Shown here in pieces: positions 1 through 8,790 of a DNA stretch of 24,000 bases (its first letter is position 1; each line of letters begins with the position of its first letter). Both the position numbers and the translations under genes were made by a program. The notes under the pieces were generated by a model, which worked only from the letters and a program-made list of their open reading frames with translations, did not search any database and was not told the DNA's origin. Source of the stretch: Chromatiaceae bacterium (GTDB taxonomy: Bacteria; Pseudomonadota; Gammaproteobacteria; Chromatiales; Chromatiaceae); contig JBGAUE010000013.1 in NCBI GenBank assembly GCA_044228795.1, positions 69,308 to 93,307 on the forward strand, written 5' to 3'.

Positions 1-1625
1 AGGTCGGCTTGGGCCAATGACCGATCAGCCAACCACTCGACAATCTTCCCATTACGTGACTCCTTGTTGAGGCTGCGCCTCGCGGCGTGTGCACGGGCCT
101 GCCCGCGGACTGACTGCATGTAGGCTGAAATAGCCAGGCCCCGACCGGTGCTTGGAAGATTCGCATCCTCTTCGTCTGCGTCCTGGTCTTCCCCCTCATC
201 GGTATCTGCATCAGCAGCCTGCTGAAGGCCGTCGATGAACGTCGCCAGGGTGTTCAAGAAGTCCCGGTCACGATTTAGCTGCAAATTGAGACAGCCCTTG
301 ATCTTCTTGTCTGTTCCGTCCCTTAACAGAGAGACCTGGGCCTGGACACCGCTAACCTCGGCGGCAAGAGCGCCGAGCGTTGCCGGCACGGAATTACCCG
401 CTGCGCGATCGAGGATCGACAAAAGACGTTGGCCGACATCCGCTCCTCCGACAATCGCCTCCTTACTCAGTCGCTCAGCGGACTGATGCAAGTCACGCAA
501 AAACGCGGTGCGCTGCCATTCGTTGAAGTCCGAAAACCATTCGATGGAGTGCTCTAGCGACTCAGTTTTGATGTTTTGGGCAGAATCCTTCAGCACGAAG
601 GCACCCCCCCCGGAAGCGGTTCGCAGAACGCCGAATGTGTTCCGGGCTAGTTCGCGCCGGTAGTCTTGCCAAGTTCTGATACGTAGATCGGACGCAGGGA
701 CTCCTTCGCGAGCAAACGCCTCTTTCAGATATTGTTTTAGGAGTTCGGTCGGAGTAAACATCATCCAGCTTTTGGCGTGGGTAACTCCGTTTGTCGAGCC
801 GATCCTTTCAACGATATGCTGTTCGTCCTCGCCCAGGTAAGCGGTATCGAGTTTTTGACCCAGTCGACGAATCAATGTCGTGGTCTTCCCCGTCCCAGGA
901 GGCCCAAGAATCAGTAGACGCTTATCTAATGGGAGGCGAAATATCTCGTCTTGGTATTGGTCGAGAACTGGTTGGTCCCTGAGACCCATCTTGGTGATGA
1001 CGCTACGTCGCACGCCTTCGATGACGTTGGCAGCCAATTGTTCTTCTGCGAGCAGTTGATCGAGTAGCTCCTCTGGAACCGCTACGCCCGGCTGGCTGAG
1101 TAACGCTCTAAGCGATTCGATCGTAAGCGGACCGAAGTCATCCGACTCGATGATCGTATTTTTGGAATCCCAGCCGCCCTGAAGTCTCGCGGGACGAAAT
1201 AGGGCGCGCTCCAGAATTTCCACGTAGTTCCCGTTGGGGAAGGTGAAGACATCGCCTGCGGTAAGGGATGCCAAACGTCCAACGGGGGCGCGATAACTTG
1301 CGAAGTTCTCAAATCCGGATGGGGGTGCTGCCCGACAGATATAATAGATCCGCCGCTTGCCACTCTCATCTTCGGCAACTACGCGGGCAATAGCAGGTTC
1401 GTCAAGCAGAATTTGGTAGCTTGCGCGATTCTCCTGACTGATTTGATCGAGTCGTCGCATGGCTGCACCGGCAGTCATGGTGTTAACGGCCGCTAGGGTG
1501 TCGGGGCCGATGCCATGCTCATCGTGGAGTCTGCGGCGAGCGGTTTCGGCGACCGCCTCGAATGTTCCAAGTGCATCCTCAGCAATCTGCTCGACGTGCC
1601 GCTTATCTTCTTGCCTAATGCTCAT
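1..1625 (-). CDS. SF1 (UvrD/HelD-like) P-loop helicase-family protein; C-terminal part lies beyond the left window edge
   Basis: Absent from the ORF track because it has no stop inside the window. Reading the minus strand from ATG 1625-1623 (GGAG 5 nt upstream) gives 541 uninterrupted codons down to position 3; the frame was hand-checked at 6 places. The translation has RIYYICR..ASYRAPVGRL, a (W/Y)RAP motif typical of HelD/helicase IV N-termini as I recall it. It also has a Q-motif-like DQYQDEIF and Walker A LLILGPPGTGKTT. Sampled lines are about 43-58% GC versus about 63% in brxC. Confidence 0.75.
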   Translation of the reverse strand, partial: MSIRQEDKRHVEQIAEDALGTFEAVAETARRRLHDEHGIGPDTLAAVNTMTAGAAMRRLDQISQENRASYQILLDEPAIARVVAEDESGKRRIYYICRAAPPSGFENFASYRAPVGRLASLTAGDVFTFPNGNYVEILERALFRPARLQGGWDSKNTIIESDDFGPLTIESLRALLSQPGVAVPEELLDQLLAEEQLAANVIEGVRRSVITKMGLRDQPVLDQYQDEIFRLPLDKRLLILGPPGTGKTTTLIRRLGQKLDTAYLGEDEQHIVERIGSTNGVTHAKSWMMFTPTELLKQYLKEAFAREGVPASDLRIRTWQDYRRELARNTFGVLRTASGGGAFVLKDSAQNIKTESLEHSIEWFSDFNEWQRTAFLRDLHQSAERLSKEAIVGGADVGQRLLSILDRAAGNSVPATLGALAAEVSGVQAQVSLLRDGTDKKIKGCLNLQLNRDRDFLNTLATFIDGLQQAADADTDEGEDQDADEEDANLPSTGRGLAISAYMQSVRGQARAHAARRSLNKESRNGKIVEWLADRSLAQAD

Positions 1626-1711
1626 GGACGCTCCTGAACCAACAGCTCTTGTCGGCTTTCTATTGGGGTGATGGCATATCGGGATTGAGCTCGTACGCTA
1701 GGGCTATCCCT

Positions 1712-4700
1712 TTATAACTGCTCAATTCTGATCTCAAATTCATCGTAATATGCCAATTCCGCCTTGAGGGACTGGAGCCGCTTGATAAGATCATCTAGGC
1801 CGGAAGCGCTCGATACCGCGATGGGGACCCGGATGGTCCGGCTCAGCTTATCTTTACCTTCCTTTACGTTCCGCTCCTTCTCTTCCTGTACCCGCTGCCG
1901 CTGCCGCTCCCGCCCCTCGCGGATGATGCGCTGCTTCAGCGCTTCGAGTCGGGTGGACAGGTCGAATTCGTGACTGATGAGGCGCTGGAGACCGGCCAGG
2001 TCCTTGCTGGCCGATAGCGCCAGGCCGGCCAGTTGGTCGAGGGCATTGTTCTGAGTCTCCTGGGTCAGCTCCGTCCACTCCGGGATGCGCTTGAGGTCCT
2101 GCTCACCGTCGCGAATGCGCTGTTCCTGGGCCTGCGCCATCCCCGTTGCGGCCGTGGCGACCTGGGCGTACAGGGCCGTCAGGAGGGTGTTGAGGTCGGC
2201 CGTATGCTGGTAGAAATCGTCCTGGCCGAGCCAGCCGGCGAGCCGTTCGAGGTCGTCGGCACAATCCTGCTTGAGCTGACCGGGAACGCCGCTGCTGGGT
2301 AGGCTGGCAATGGCGTGCTGATGGGCTCGCAGGTCCTTGATGGTGTCTTGCAGGCCGTGCCCCAGGGCCTTGGTGACCGCCTGAGCCCACTTCAGGCCAT
2401 CGTACAGGGTCGACTCTTCGCCACCGAGATGTTCCGGGGCGTCCGAGGCGTCGGTGAACAGCAGGTCCGCGATCTGCTGGGTCAGGGCGCGCACTCGCTC
2501 GGCGCCGGGCAGATCGAGGCCAGAGAGTTTCTCGGCCAGGGGGGCGAAGGCCTGCTGGAACTGCGGCAGATGCTTGGCCGCGGCCTTGCCGATGTCTTCC
2601 TCTAGGGGCACCACCGTGTCGCCAATCAGGTCAGTCAGGCGTTGCGCGGCCCGTGCCAAGACCTCCAGCGGCGGTTTGTCCTGGCGCAGGGCGACGCCGA
2701 TCGGTTTGAAGGCAAGGTTGGTCTTAAGGGCGTCGATGGCCTGCTGGCCCGCCACGGTGACCTCGCGCCCGGACACCTTCAGTTTGATGTCGCCCCCGAC
2801 GAGCAGCGCCGCGACCAGGTAGCGCAAGGTGTCTTGCGACCAGCCGAACGGGGCACTGCTGAAGTGCTCGAGCAGGCGCTTGCCGTCCAGGGTGCCGTTG
2901 CGATCGATAAAGTCACGGATGCTGACGAGCGCCTTATGGTCGGTGCGGATGGTCGGGTTGCCGCCCGTGACCTGCACCAGGCCGAGCGGATCGAGCTGGG
3001 TCGTGATGGCCCTCAGGTTGCCCGCCCCGGTGCGCAGGAATTTCTCCGCCACCGCGGTATCGACCCGCTCCGGCGCCTCCGCGTAGCGGTGGAAGACCTG
3101 TGCCGCGGCGGTGCCGAGGTGTTTCTTGGCCGCTTCGAGCAGGTCGGTGGCCAGGCTGTCGACGGCCGTGGTTTCGCCGCGAAACAGGAAGGAGCCCTGG
3201 GCCAGGCGGCGCTGTAAGAGGGTCTTCAGCTCGCCGATGCGCCGCGCCGCGACATCGGTCTGGCTGGCGCAGTATTCCTTGATCTCCGGGTCCGGGTCGT
3301 TGCGGTGCAGCTCGACGATGCGTTGGGAGCGGTACAGCTCCGCCACCTTGTCGTCGGCCTCCGCTGAGCGGCGGCCCAGCAGGTAGATGAGGTTCTCGGA
3401 GGTCTTGTGGCGCGAGTCGTCCACCAGGCGGGTACGGGCCGTTTCGTAGTCGGTGGGATCGACAAACTCCACGAGGGTCTGGATGGCCTCCCGTTCCCCA
3501 GCCAGACTGGCGATGTGGCCGCCGGACTGCAGCTTCACCCCCGCCGTCACCGCCAAGGATCCGTGCAGCCGGGCGGATGGCAACGGATCGAACACCTCGC
3601 GTAGGGCCTCACTGAAGATCCGCCGCAGGTCCGTGGAGCGTAACGGCAGTTGGGCGCGCTCCTGTTCGATGTCGTTGAGCTTCTCGCTGAAGAAGCTCAA
3701 GGTGCCATGGCGCTCGCCGAGCGGTACGAGGGGATCGTTGAGCAGCGCGTCCACGGCCGTCTTGATGGCATCGGCACGCGGCGCGGCATCGATGGCCGGG
3801 TGCATCAGGCTCGTGACGTTATGCACCGTCACTGGCAGGTTGCCGAGGATCTGGAGCACGGCGACGGTCTTGGCGACCTCCTGGTGCAATGCCGAGTCCG
3901 GGAAGCGGATCAGCACCTTGCCGACCGCCTGGTGGATGGATGGGAAGGCCCGCTGAATGTCCTTTTCCAGCGCATCGAACAGGGTCACCGTGGTCGCCAA
4001 CCAACCAACCTGATGGCCGGCCACCGGTGTACGCCCGTCGGGGCCCTCGATCAATACCTCCTGGATGACCTTGATCGCCGAGCGTAGGCCGATGCCGCCG
4101 GTAGATTTGGCCAGTGCCCCGAGCAGATGCAGCAGGATGTCGAAATGGGCGGGCAGGAAGGGGTACAGGTTGATGAAGGTGTCGCGGTCGAAGTCGGCGT
4201 CGTAGTACTTGGCATCCTGCAGCTTGGTGTGCTGGCGCAGGGCCTGGCCGTGCTGGGCGAAGTGGCGATCGAGCTCCTTGGCCCCAGCCGGGGACTTGCC
4301 CAGCAGACGCCGGGTGCAGATTTCCTTGATGTCCCGTGACTCGAGGTCAACCTGGATCGGAAACCGGTCCTTGAGCTTGTAGAGCTCGGGAGAGTTCAGG
4401 GCGGCGCGGGGGTCGTCCTCCGTCAGGGTCTGCTGTGCGGTGCCGAGAATCCAGGCCCGGCCGCCGCCGATATTCTTCAGGTTCTCGGCGAGGCCCTGCA
4501 GATCGAGAATCTTGTTCTGGTTGCTGCCGACGTACTGGCCAACCTCGTCAATCACGAACAGCACATAGTCCTTGCCGGCCGTCTCCCGGACGATGGCGAG
4601 GATCTCCTGGACCCGGTCATTGAGCAGGGTGATGAATTCACTCGTGGTGGTCGTGAACGACTGGGGGGTGCGGAAAAACTCCGGGTACATCTCATGCGCC

Positions 4701-5335
4701 AGCTCGGGGAGCAGGCTGTCCACGACCAGCTCATCGTTCTGGTAGTCACGCCAGTCTTCACCGCTCCGGGTCTGGAAGCGGGCCTGGAAGTCATCATAAC
4801 GCCCGTCCTTCTTGAGCTTGCGCTCCAGGGCGGCCACCTTGAGATTGCGCGAGTAGCCGGCCCATTGCAGGACCTTGTAGTAGAGGACCGTGGAGACGAC
4901 CTCCAGGGTGGCCCCGGCCACCTGCGCGGTCGCCAGATCGAGCATGACCACGGCCGCCGGGAAACGCTTGGCGATGGTATTGAGCAGGGCCCGGGATTGT
5001 GGCTTGTGGTAGCGGTCCTGGAGCGATTTCAGGAACGGCTGGCCGTCGATGGTGACCCGGTCGTCGAAGGCGAGGCCCAGATACTTGGTGAAGGAACTCT
5101 TGCCGGAGCCATAAAATCCGGACACCCAGACGCCGACCTCGTTCTGGCCGCCCGCCTCCATGGCCGCTTGCATCTTGCTGAGCAGTTTTTCGGTCTGCTC
5201 GTCGATGCTCTCCGTGACCACGTACTCGGAGATCTCGGCCTTGAGGCGCTGCTCCTGCGCCGCGCCGTAGGTGATCACCTTCTCGATGGTGCGGTAGATG
5301 TCCCGGCTGGGATCGAAGAGCTCGCGAATCTTCAT
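1712..5335 (-). CDS. brxC: BREX P-loop ATPase BrxC/PglY
   Basis: 1207-aa ORF. The N-terminus MKIRELF...GVWVSGFYGSGKSSFTKYL matches the BrxC N-terminal Walker A block as I remember it (GVWVSGFFGSGKSHF in E. coli BrxC). Its size of about 1200 aa and its position after DUF1788-like and DUF1819-like genes fit BrxC. Confidence 0.93.
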   Translation of the reverse strand: MKIRELFDPSRDIYRTIEKVITYGAAQEQRLKAEISEYVVTESIDEQTEKLLSKMQAAMEAGGQNEVGVWVSGFYGSGKSSFTKYLGLAFDDRVTIDGQPFLKSLQDRYHKPQSRALLNTIAKRFPAAVVMLDLATAQVAGATLEVVSTVLYYKVLQWAGYSRNLKVAALERKLKKDGRYDDFQARFQTRSGEDWRDYQNDELVVDSLLPELAHEMYPEFFRTPQSFTTTTSEFITLLNDRVQEILAIVRETAGKDYVLFVIDEVGQYVGSNQNKILDLQGLAENLKNIGGGRAWILGTAQQTLTEDDPRAALNSPELYKLKDRFPIQVDLESRDIKEICTRRLLGKSPAGAKELDRHFAQHGQALRQHTKLQDAKYYDADFDRDTFINLYPFLPAHFDILLHLLGALAKSTGGIGLRSAIKVIQEVLIEGPDGRTPVAGHQVGWLATTVTLFDALEKDIQRAFPSIHQAVGKVLIRFPDSALHQEVAKTVAVLQILGNLPVTVHNVTSLMHPAIDAAPRADAIKTAVDALLNDPLVPLGERHGTLSFFSEKLNDIEQERAQLPLRSTDLRRIFSEALREVFDPLPSARLHGSLAVTAGVKLQSGGHIASLAGEREAIQTLVEFVDPTDYETARTRLVDDSRHKTSENLIYLLGRRSAEADDKVAELYRSQRIVELHRNDPDPEIKEYCASQTDVAARRIGELKTLLQRRLAQGSFLFRGETTAVDSLATDLLEAAKKHLGTAAAQVFHRYAEAPERVDTAVAEKFLRTGAGNLRAITTQLDPLGLVQVTGGNPTIRTDHKALVSIRDFIDRNGTLDGKRLLEHFSSAPFGWSQDTLRYLVAALLVGGDIKLKVSGREVTVAGQQAIDALKTNLAFKPIGVALRQDKPPLEVLARAAQRLTDLIGDTVVPLEEDIGKAAAKHLPQFQQAFAPLAEKLSGLDLPGAERVRALTQQIADLLFTDASDAPEHLGGEESTLYDGLKWAQAVTKALGHGLQDTIKDLRAHQHAIASLPSSGVPGQLKQDCADDLERLAGWLGQDDFYQHTADLNTLLTALYAQVATAATGMAQAQEQRIRDGEQDLKRIPEWTELTQETQNNALDQLAGLALSASKDLAGLQRLISHEFDLSTRLEALKQRIIREGRERQRQRVQEEKERNVKEGKDKLSRTIRVPIAVSSASGLDDLIKRLQSLKAELAYYDEFEIRIEQL

Positions 5336-5368
5336 GGTGGGTGCCGTCCGATGCGTGGGTTGCGCTGC

Positions 5369-5944
5369 TCAGCCGCCGACGTGCACTGAGCGGTAGTTGC
5401 CGTCTTCCGGGTAGAAGCCCAGGAACTTGAGTCGCGTCTTGCCGGTGCGTACACCGGGGTACAGGAAGACGGTGGGTACGTGGAACTTGCCCTGGAGCTG
5501 GGCCTCGATGGCGCCAATGCGCAGATAAGGGTGCAGGGCCTCCAGATCGGTCACCAGCACGAGGGTGTTGGCGCTGCCCTCCAGTACCGTCAGTACCGCT
5601 TCGAGCCGCGATTGCAGGCCGTCGGCCTTGACGAGGGCATTGGCGAGGGACTGGCTCGTCTTGGTCCAATCCAGCGGGTGCTGGGCGTCTGCCGCCAGCC
5701 ACACCTTGCGCAATGGCGCCTTGCTTAGTATGTCGGTGACCTGCTCCGCAATGGAGAACAGGGTCACCTCGAAGCCTTCGTTGCGCAGTTTGGCGACCCA
5801 GGCCGGTGTCTGGCGCTTCACGTCCAGCATCTGGTTGGGTTGAAAAACGAGGTAGTAGATGGGCTCGAAGCTCGCGTGGGCAAACTCGCGACCCTGGCGA
5901 ATCCGGACGAGCAACTCGTTGAAATCAGCCTTCAGCGAGGACAT
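5369..5944 (-). CDS. brxB: BrxB (DUF1788-like) BREX protein
   Basis: The ORF track gives 5369..5995. I prefer the ATG at 5944 (MSSLKADFNELL...), which overlaps the brxA stop by 20 nt. The product is about 190 aa and ends ...LKFLGFYPEDGNYRSVHVGG. Size, position between brxA and brxC, and overall look fit DUF1788/BrxB. Confidence 0.82.
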   Translation of the reverse strand: MSSLKADFNELLVRIRQGREFAHASFEPIYYLVFQPNQMLDVKRQTPAWVAKLRNEGFEVTLFSIAEQVTDILSKAPLRKVWLAADAQHPLDWTKTSQSLANALVKADGLQSRLEAVLTVLEGSANTLVLVTDLEALHPYLRIGAIEAQLQGKFHVPTVFLYPGVRTGKTRLKFLGFYPEDGNYRSVHVGG

Positions 5945-6713
5945 CAACGAGGTCCTCCATGTGCTGGTGCTTCCAGCCGATGTGGGTGATCTCACCGGCG
6001 GCTTGCAGGATGAGATGCCCCTGCAGGGACAGCCGTTTCAGCTCATCGCGGACATCCCCGCGCGCCAGGCCGAAGAGTTGCCAGTCTGGGTGGGCTAGCA
6101 GGGCATTGTCGCCGAGGCCGGCAAAGTGCAGGTCATGGGCCAGATAGGCAGCGGCCTTGGCCTCGATACGATAGGGGACGATGGCGCGCGCCGAGAGGGT
6201 GCGCTTGCCGAGCAGGCCGTAGTCGGTGCAGCCGCCGAGCAGGTAGGAGGTAACGCGCTTAACGGTGCTGTCCGACCAACGTTTGGCGGTCTTGCCATCA
6301 TCGACGCCGCGGCCGACGAAGGCCTTGGCTTCGGCCACGGTGACCTGGTCGTCGCCCGCGGCGTAGCGCTCCCAAAAGACCTCCCGGACGAAGTCCGCAA
6401 GGATCGGGTTGGCCCGGCAGGTGTGGAGAAAGAAGAGCTGGTGCAGCTCGGCAGGGAGGAGTGCGCCGGTGAGTTGCTGCAGGGTGCGCGCCGGCTGCCC
6501 CTCGGCCACCAAATAACGCGGCGCGAAGCACTCCCTGACGATGTTACGCAGCCGCCGGGCCGAGATGTTGGGGAACTCGCCGGAACGCAGGGCCGCCTGG
6601 TAAAGGGCTGGGCTGCTCATGCCGGGCGTCCAGAGGGTCAGCAGCAACCGCGTCTCCGGGATCAGACCCAGGCCCGCCTGGAGCCGCGTAGTGTACTGGC
6701 TCTTGGTCGTCAC
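5925..6713 (-). CDS. brxA: BrxA (DUF1819-like) BREX protein
   Basis: 262-aa ORF. Its GTG start at 6713 overlaps the stop of the upstream ORF (GTGA). It lies immediately upstream of brxB as in BREX loci. The family call rests on position and general resemblance, not on a search. Confidence 0.78.
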   Translation of the reverse strand: MTTKSQYTTRLQAGLGLIPETRLLLTLWTPGMSSPALYQAALRSGEFPNISARRLRNIVRECFAPRYLVAEGQPARTLQQLTGALLPAELHQLFFLHTCRANPILADFVREVFWERYAAGDDQVTVAEAKAFVGRGVDDGKTAKRWSDSTVKRVTSYLLGGCTDYGLLGKRTLSARAIVPYRIEAKAAAYLAHDLHFAGLGDNALLAHPDWQLFGLARGDVRDELKRLSLQGHLILQAAGEITHIGWKHQHMEDLVDVLAEG

Positions 6714-7240
6714 GACCGATCCACAAGGTAGGGGTAGGAGCGCCTCCCCTGGGTGAAGGCGGCGTAGTAGCCGCCAGCGGCGGCGCTGATCCAGGCGCCG
6801 TCATCGAGGTCCGCGGAGGTGCCGATCTGGATGGGTCCCTCCTGGCCAGCACTCGCGGTTTTGAAGAAGGACTGGAGCGCGTCTAGCGCGACGGCCTGCG
6901 AGGTGAGGTCTGGGTGGGCAGCGATGGCGGCCGCCGGTTCCTGCAGGAGTTCGAACAGTGACTGCTCCAGGGTCTCGGGTAGCCGGTACAGGTGGAACAC
7001 CCGGCCAATACCGATGTGCTCGTCATGCACCCGCCGGGCAGCCTCTTTGACCCCGTGGTACTGGGCCAGCGGTGCGGTGCGGGCAAACACCGGGTTCAGA
7101 AAGGCCGCGCTGGAAGGCGTGAAGAAGCCACTCGGCCACCAATCGCACTGAGCCTTCTCGCCGAGGTAACCGACGATAACCCGGAGGCGGGTGATGGCCT
7201 GAAGCTGGTCAAGATCCCGCGGCGCAGCCTGTCCCCCCAC
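6710..7240 (-). CDS. Small first gene of the BREX operon, BrxE-like by position only
   Basis: 176-aa ORF with a GTG start at 7240, preceded by AAGAGGAGCAGGAGC (SD-like). It is translationally coupled to brxA by a 4-nt overlap. Third-position GC is high. BREX type 6 is described as carrying an extra small gene (brxE) ahead of brxA. I do not recognise the sequence itself. Confidence 0.6.
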   Translation of the reverse strand: MGGQAAPRDLDQLQAITRLRVIVGYLGEKAQCDWWPSGFFTPSSAAFLNPVFARTAPLAQYHGVKEAARRVHDEHIGIGRVFHLYRLPETLEQSLFELLQEPAAAIAAHPDLTSQAVALDALQSFFKTASAGQEGPIQIGTSADLDDGAWISAAAGGYYAAFTQGRRSYPYLVDRS

Positions 7241-7748
7241 GCTCCTGCTCCTCTTGTTTTTTTCGGTCTTGTCTCGCAGGATCGGGGAGGTAATCGCCCG
7301 GTTTGCGAATGGATCTGAAGTCTACGCCCTAACCAGGGCCCTTGAAAAGGGTAGGGTGGAAGTACCCTGCCTATCTGGTAGCCACCTAAAGCATCCACCG
7401 CAAGATTGGCCTTTTATACTCCGCATGGTGCCAGGACAGGATCTTGTGCATGTCGTGGGTGCTTGCACGAAGCCGCCCTGGCGTCGCCTCGCTCCGCACG
7501 GAAATCCTCCCGCCACCGCCCAAAGCTGGCCAGCGAGTTGCCGCGGCGCCCTTAGTTCTCCCGCTCCGTCAGGCCCTTTGCGGCCACCCTGAATTCAACT
7601 CCCAACCCTTGCGGACGACGGCACGGCCGGGAGGCCCATAACGAGTTGCTGCAAAGCATCTGGCAACTAGACGCCATCCGGCAAGGGTGCCTTCATCCGG
7701 TCGCCTGTCTCCCTTAGCTCTGCCAGAAGCCTCTGTGCCAGGGGCGGC

Positions 7749-8048
7749 TCAAGCCCCTTCACCCATTCCACTACTACCGAAACGAACAGCTGGTAGGTGG
7801 CGATGGTTCTTTGCCTCCTGCACCCGGTAGAGCAGGCCCAGATGGGAGCCGAGGGTGGCGATCAGGTCCTTGAGTTCCCGCGGGCTCAGGCTGTCGCGCT
7901 GTGCCTCCACCTCCCGCTGCACGATGGCAATGAGCCGGGTTTGGGCATTGATCAACTCATTAAAGGCAGGGGCGTCGCTGTCCTCCATCCCGCCAATTCG
8001 CGCTGGCCGGCGGGTGGCAGGTTCTTGCAAAAACTCATTAGCGCTCAT
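7749..8048 (-). CDS. Hypothetical protein (99 aa from the preferred start; the ORF is open to 8093)
   Basis: The ORF track gives 7749..8093 with a GTG start. The internal ATG at 8048 has GGGAG 6 nt upstream. I recognise no motif. It is divergent from the 8168 gene across an AT-rich spacer. Confidence 0.5.
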   Translation of the reverse strand: MSANEFLQEPATRRPARIGGMEDSDAPAFNELINAQTRLIAIVQREVEAQRDSLSPRELKDLIATLGSHLGLLYRVQEAKNHRHLPAVRFGSSGMGEGA

Positions 8049-8093
8049 GCGGGCTCCCATCCAGTCATCGGGTTGCTCATCAGTTACTATCAC

Positions 8094-8167
8094 TGCTGGC
8101 CACAGGGGTATGAATTCATTTATTAATTGTCTGTGTCAATAGTGATATTATAGAACATCAATGGTAT
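8094..8167. promoter_or_regulatory. AT-rich divergent control region with a perfect palindrome
   Basis: This 74-bp spacer between divergent ORFs is the most AT-rich stretch in this neighbourhood. It contains the 10-bp palindrome ATGAATTCAT (8110-8119) and TATTAT/TATAGA -10-like hexamers. Confidence 0.35.
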
Positions 8168-8707
8168 TTGCATGGGGGAATGACGGCAATGCCTGACGCC
8201 AAGATGTGCCAGCCGGGTGACTCGTCACCCGATGAGTGGGAAGGAATAGCGCCTAGGGCGGCGATTCTCGCCTTTCCGGCGCGCTTCGCGGGTAAAGAGG
8301 CGCCGGCGCGCAGGCCCCTTAACCAGGCCCGGGTCGACCGCGCTATGGAATTGATCACCCCCTGTCTGGAACATGTGCTCTGGGAACGCGAGAACGCCCA
8401 AGCCTTTGAAGCACTGGCCAGGCGCATCGTCGGCGCCGTCATTCCCGAGACCCCCCTGGAGATCGAGCTTACGGCGAAGCTGATCGTGGCCTGGTGGCGC
8501 CTGTATCGGTTGGAAAAGATCGAAACGGCGACCCTCACCAAAGGGGATGGCAATGTGCAGCGGGTGCTGGGCGAGTTCACCCGCCAGAGCCGGGCGTGGC
8601 AGGCCGCCATGCTGGGAGCGCAGCGCCTGCTCCAGGTCATCGAGCGCCGGCAGAACGCACGTCACACCGAGCGTTGGGAGCAGGGGATGATGGATCAGCA
8701 GGCGTGA
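8168..8707 (+). CDS. Hypothetical protein (about 172-179 aa)
   Basis: The ORF opens with TTG at 8168. ATG 8189 lies 9 nt after GGGGGA. There is a strong GC3 bias and a protein-like sequence (…LEIELTAKLIVAWWRLYRLEKIETATL…). I recognise no family. Confidence 0.65.
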   Translation: MHGGMTAMPDAKMCQPGDSSPDEWEGIAPRAAILAFPARFAGKEAPARRPLNQARVDRAMELITPCLEHVLWERENAQAFEALARRIVGAVIPETPLEIELTAKLIVAWWRLYRLEKIETATLTKGDGNVQRVLGEFTRQSRAWQAAMLGAQRLLQVIERRQNARHTERWEQGMMDQQA

Positions 8708-8762
8708 TGCTGAACCTGCAGGCCGGCGCCGCACCTGCCACGAGTGGGCGGGGGGATAGAGC

Positions 8763-8786
8763 TGTCCTAGATGTCCTAGGTCCTGG
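8763..8786 (+). repeat. Tandem 9-bp iteron-like repeats TGTCCTAGA / TGTCCTAGG / TCCTGGATG
   Basis: Read directly from the sequence. TGTCCTAG occurs at 8763-8770 and 8772-8779, with a degenerate third unit starting at 8780-8781. Confidence 0.7.
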
Positions 8787-8790
8787 ATGC

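Noticed and set aside
4794-5702. 302-aa minus-strand ORF (plus 4694..5389 on the plus strand and many 60-190 aa ORFs across 1764-5000)
   Set aside because: These are Pro/Arg/Gly-rich, low-complexity translations lying out of frame or antisense to brxC and brxB. They are typical shadow ORFs of high-GC coding DNA.
7241-7748. Tried to read the ORF-free tract as tmRNA, RNase P RNA, 6S RNA, a c-di-GMP or cobalamin riboswitch, or a group II intron fragment
   Set aside because: None of the conserved cores I remember (tmRNA ends, GAGGAAAGUCC, B12 box, GUGCG plus DV) is present. Only short chance resemblances were seen. It is kept as an unexplained region in the findings.
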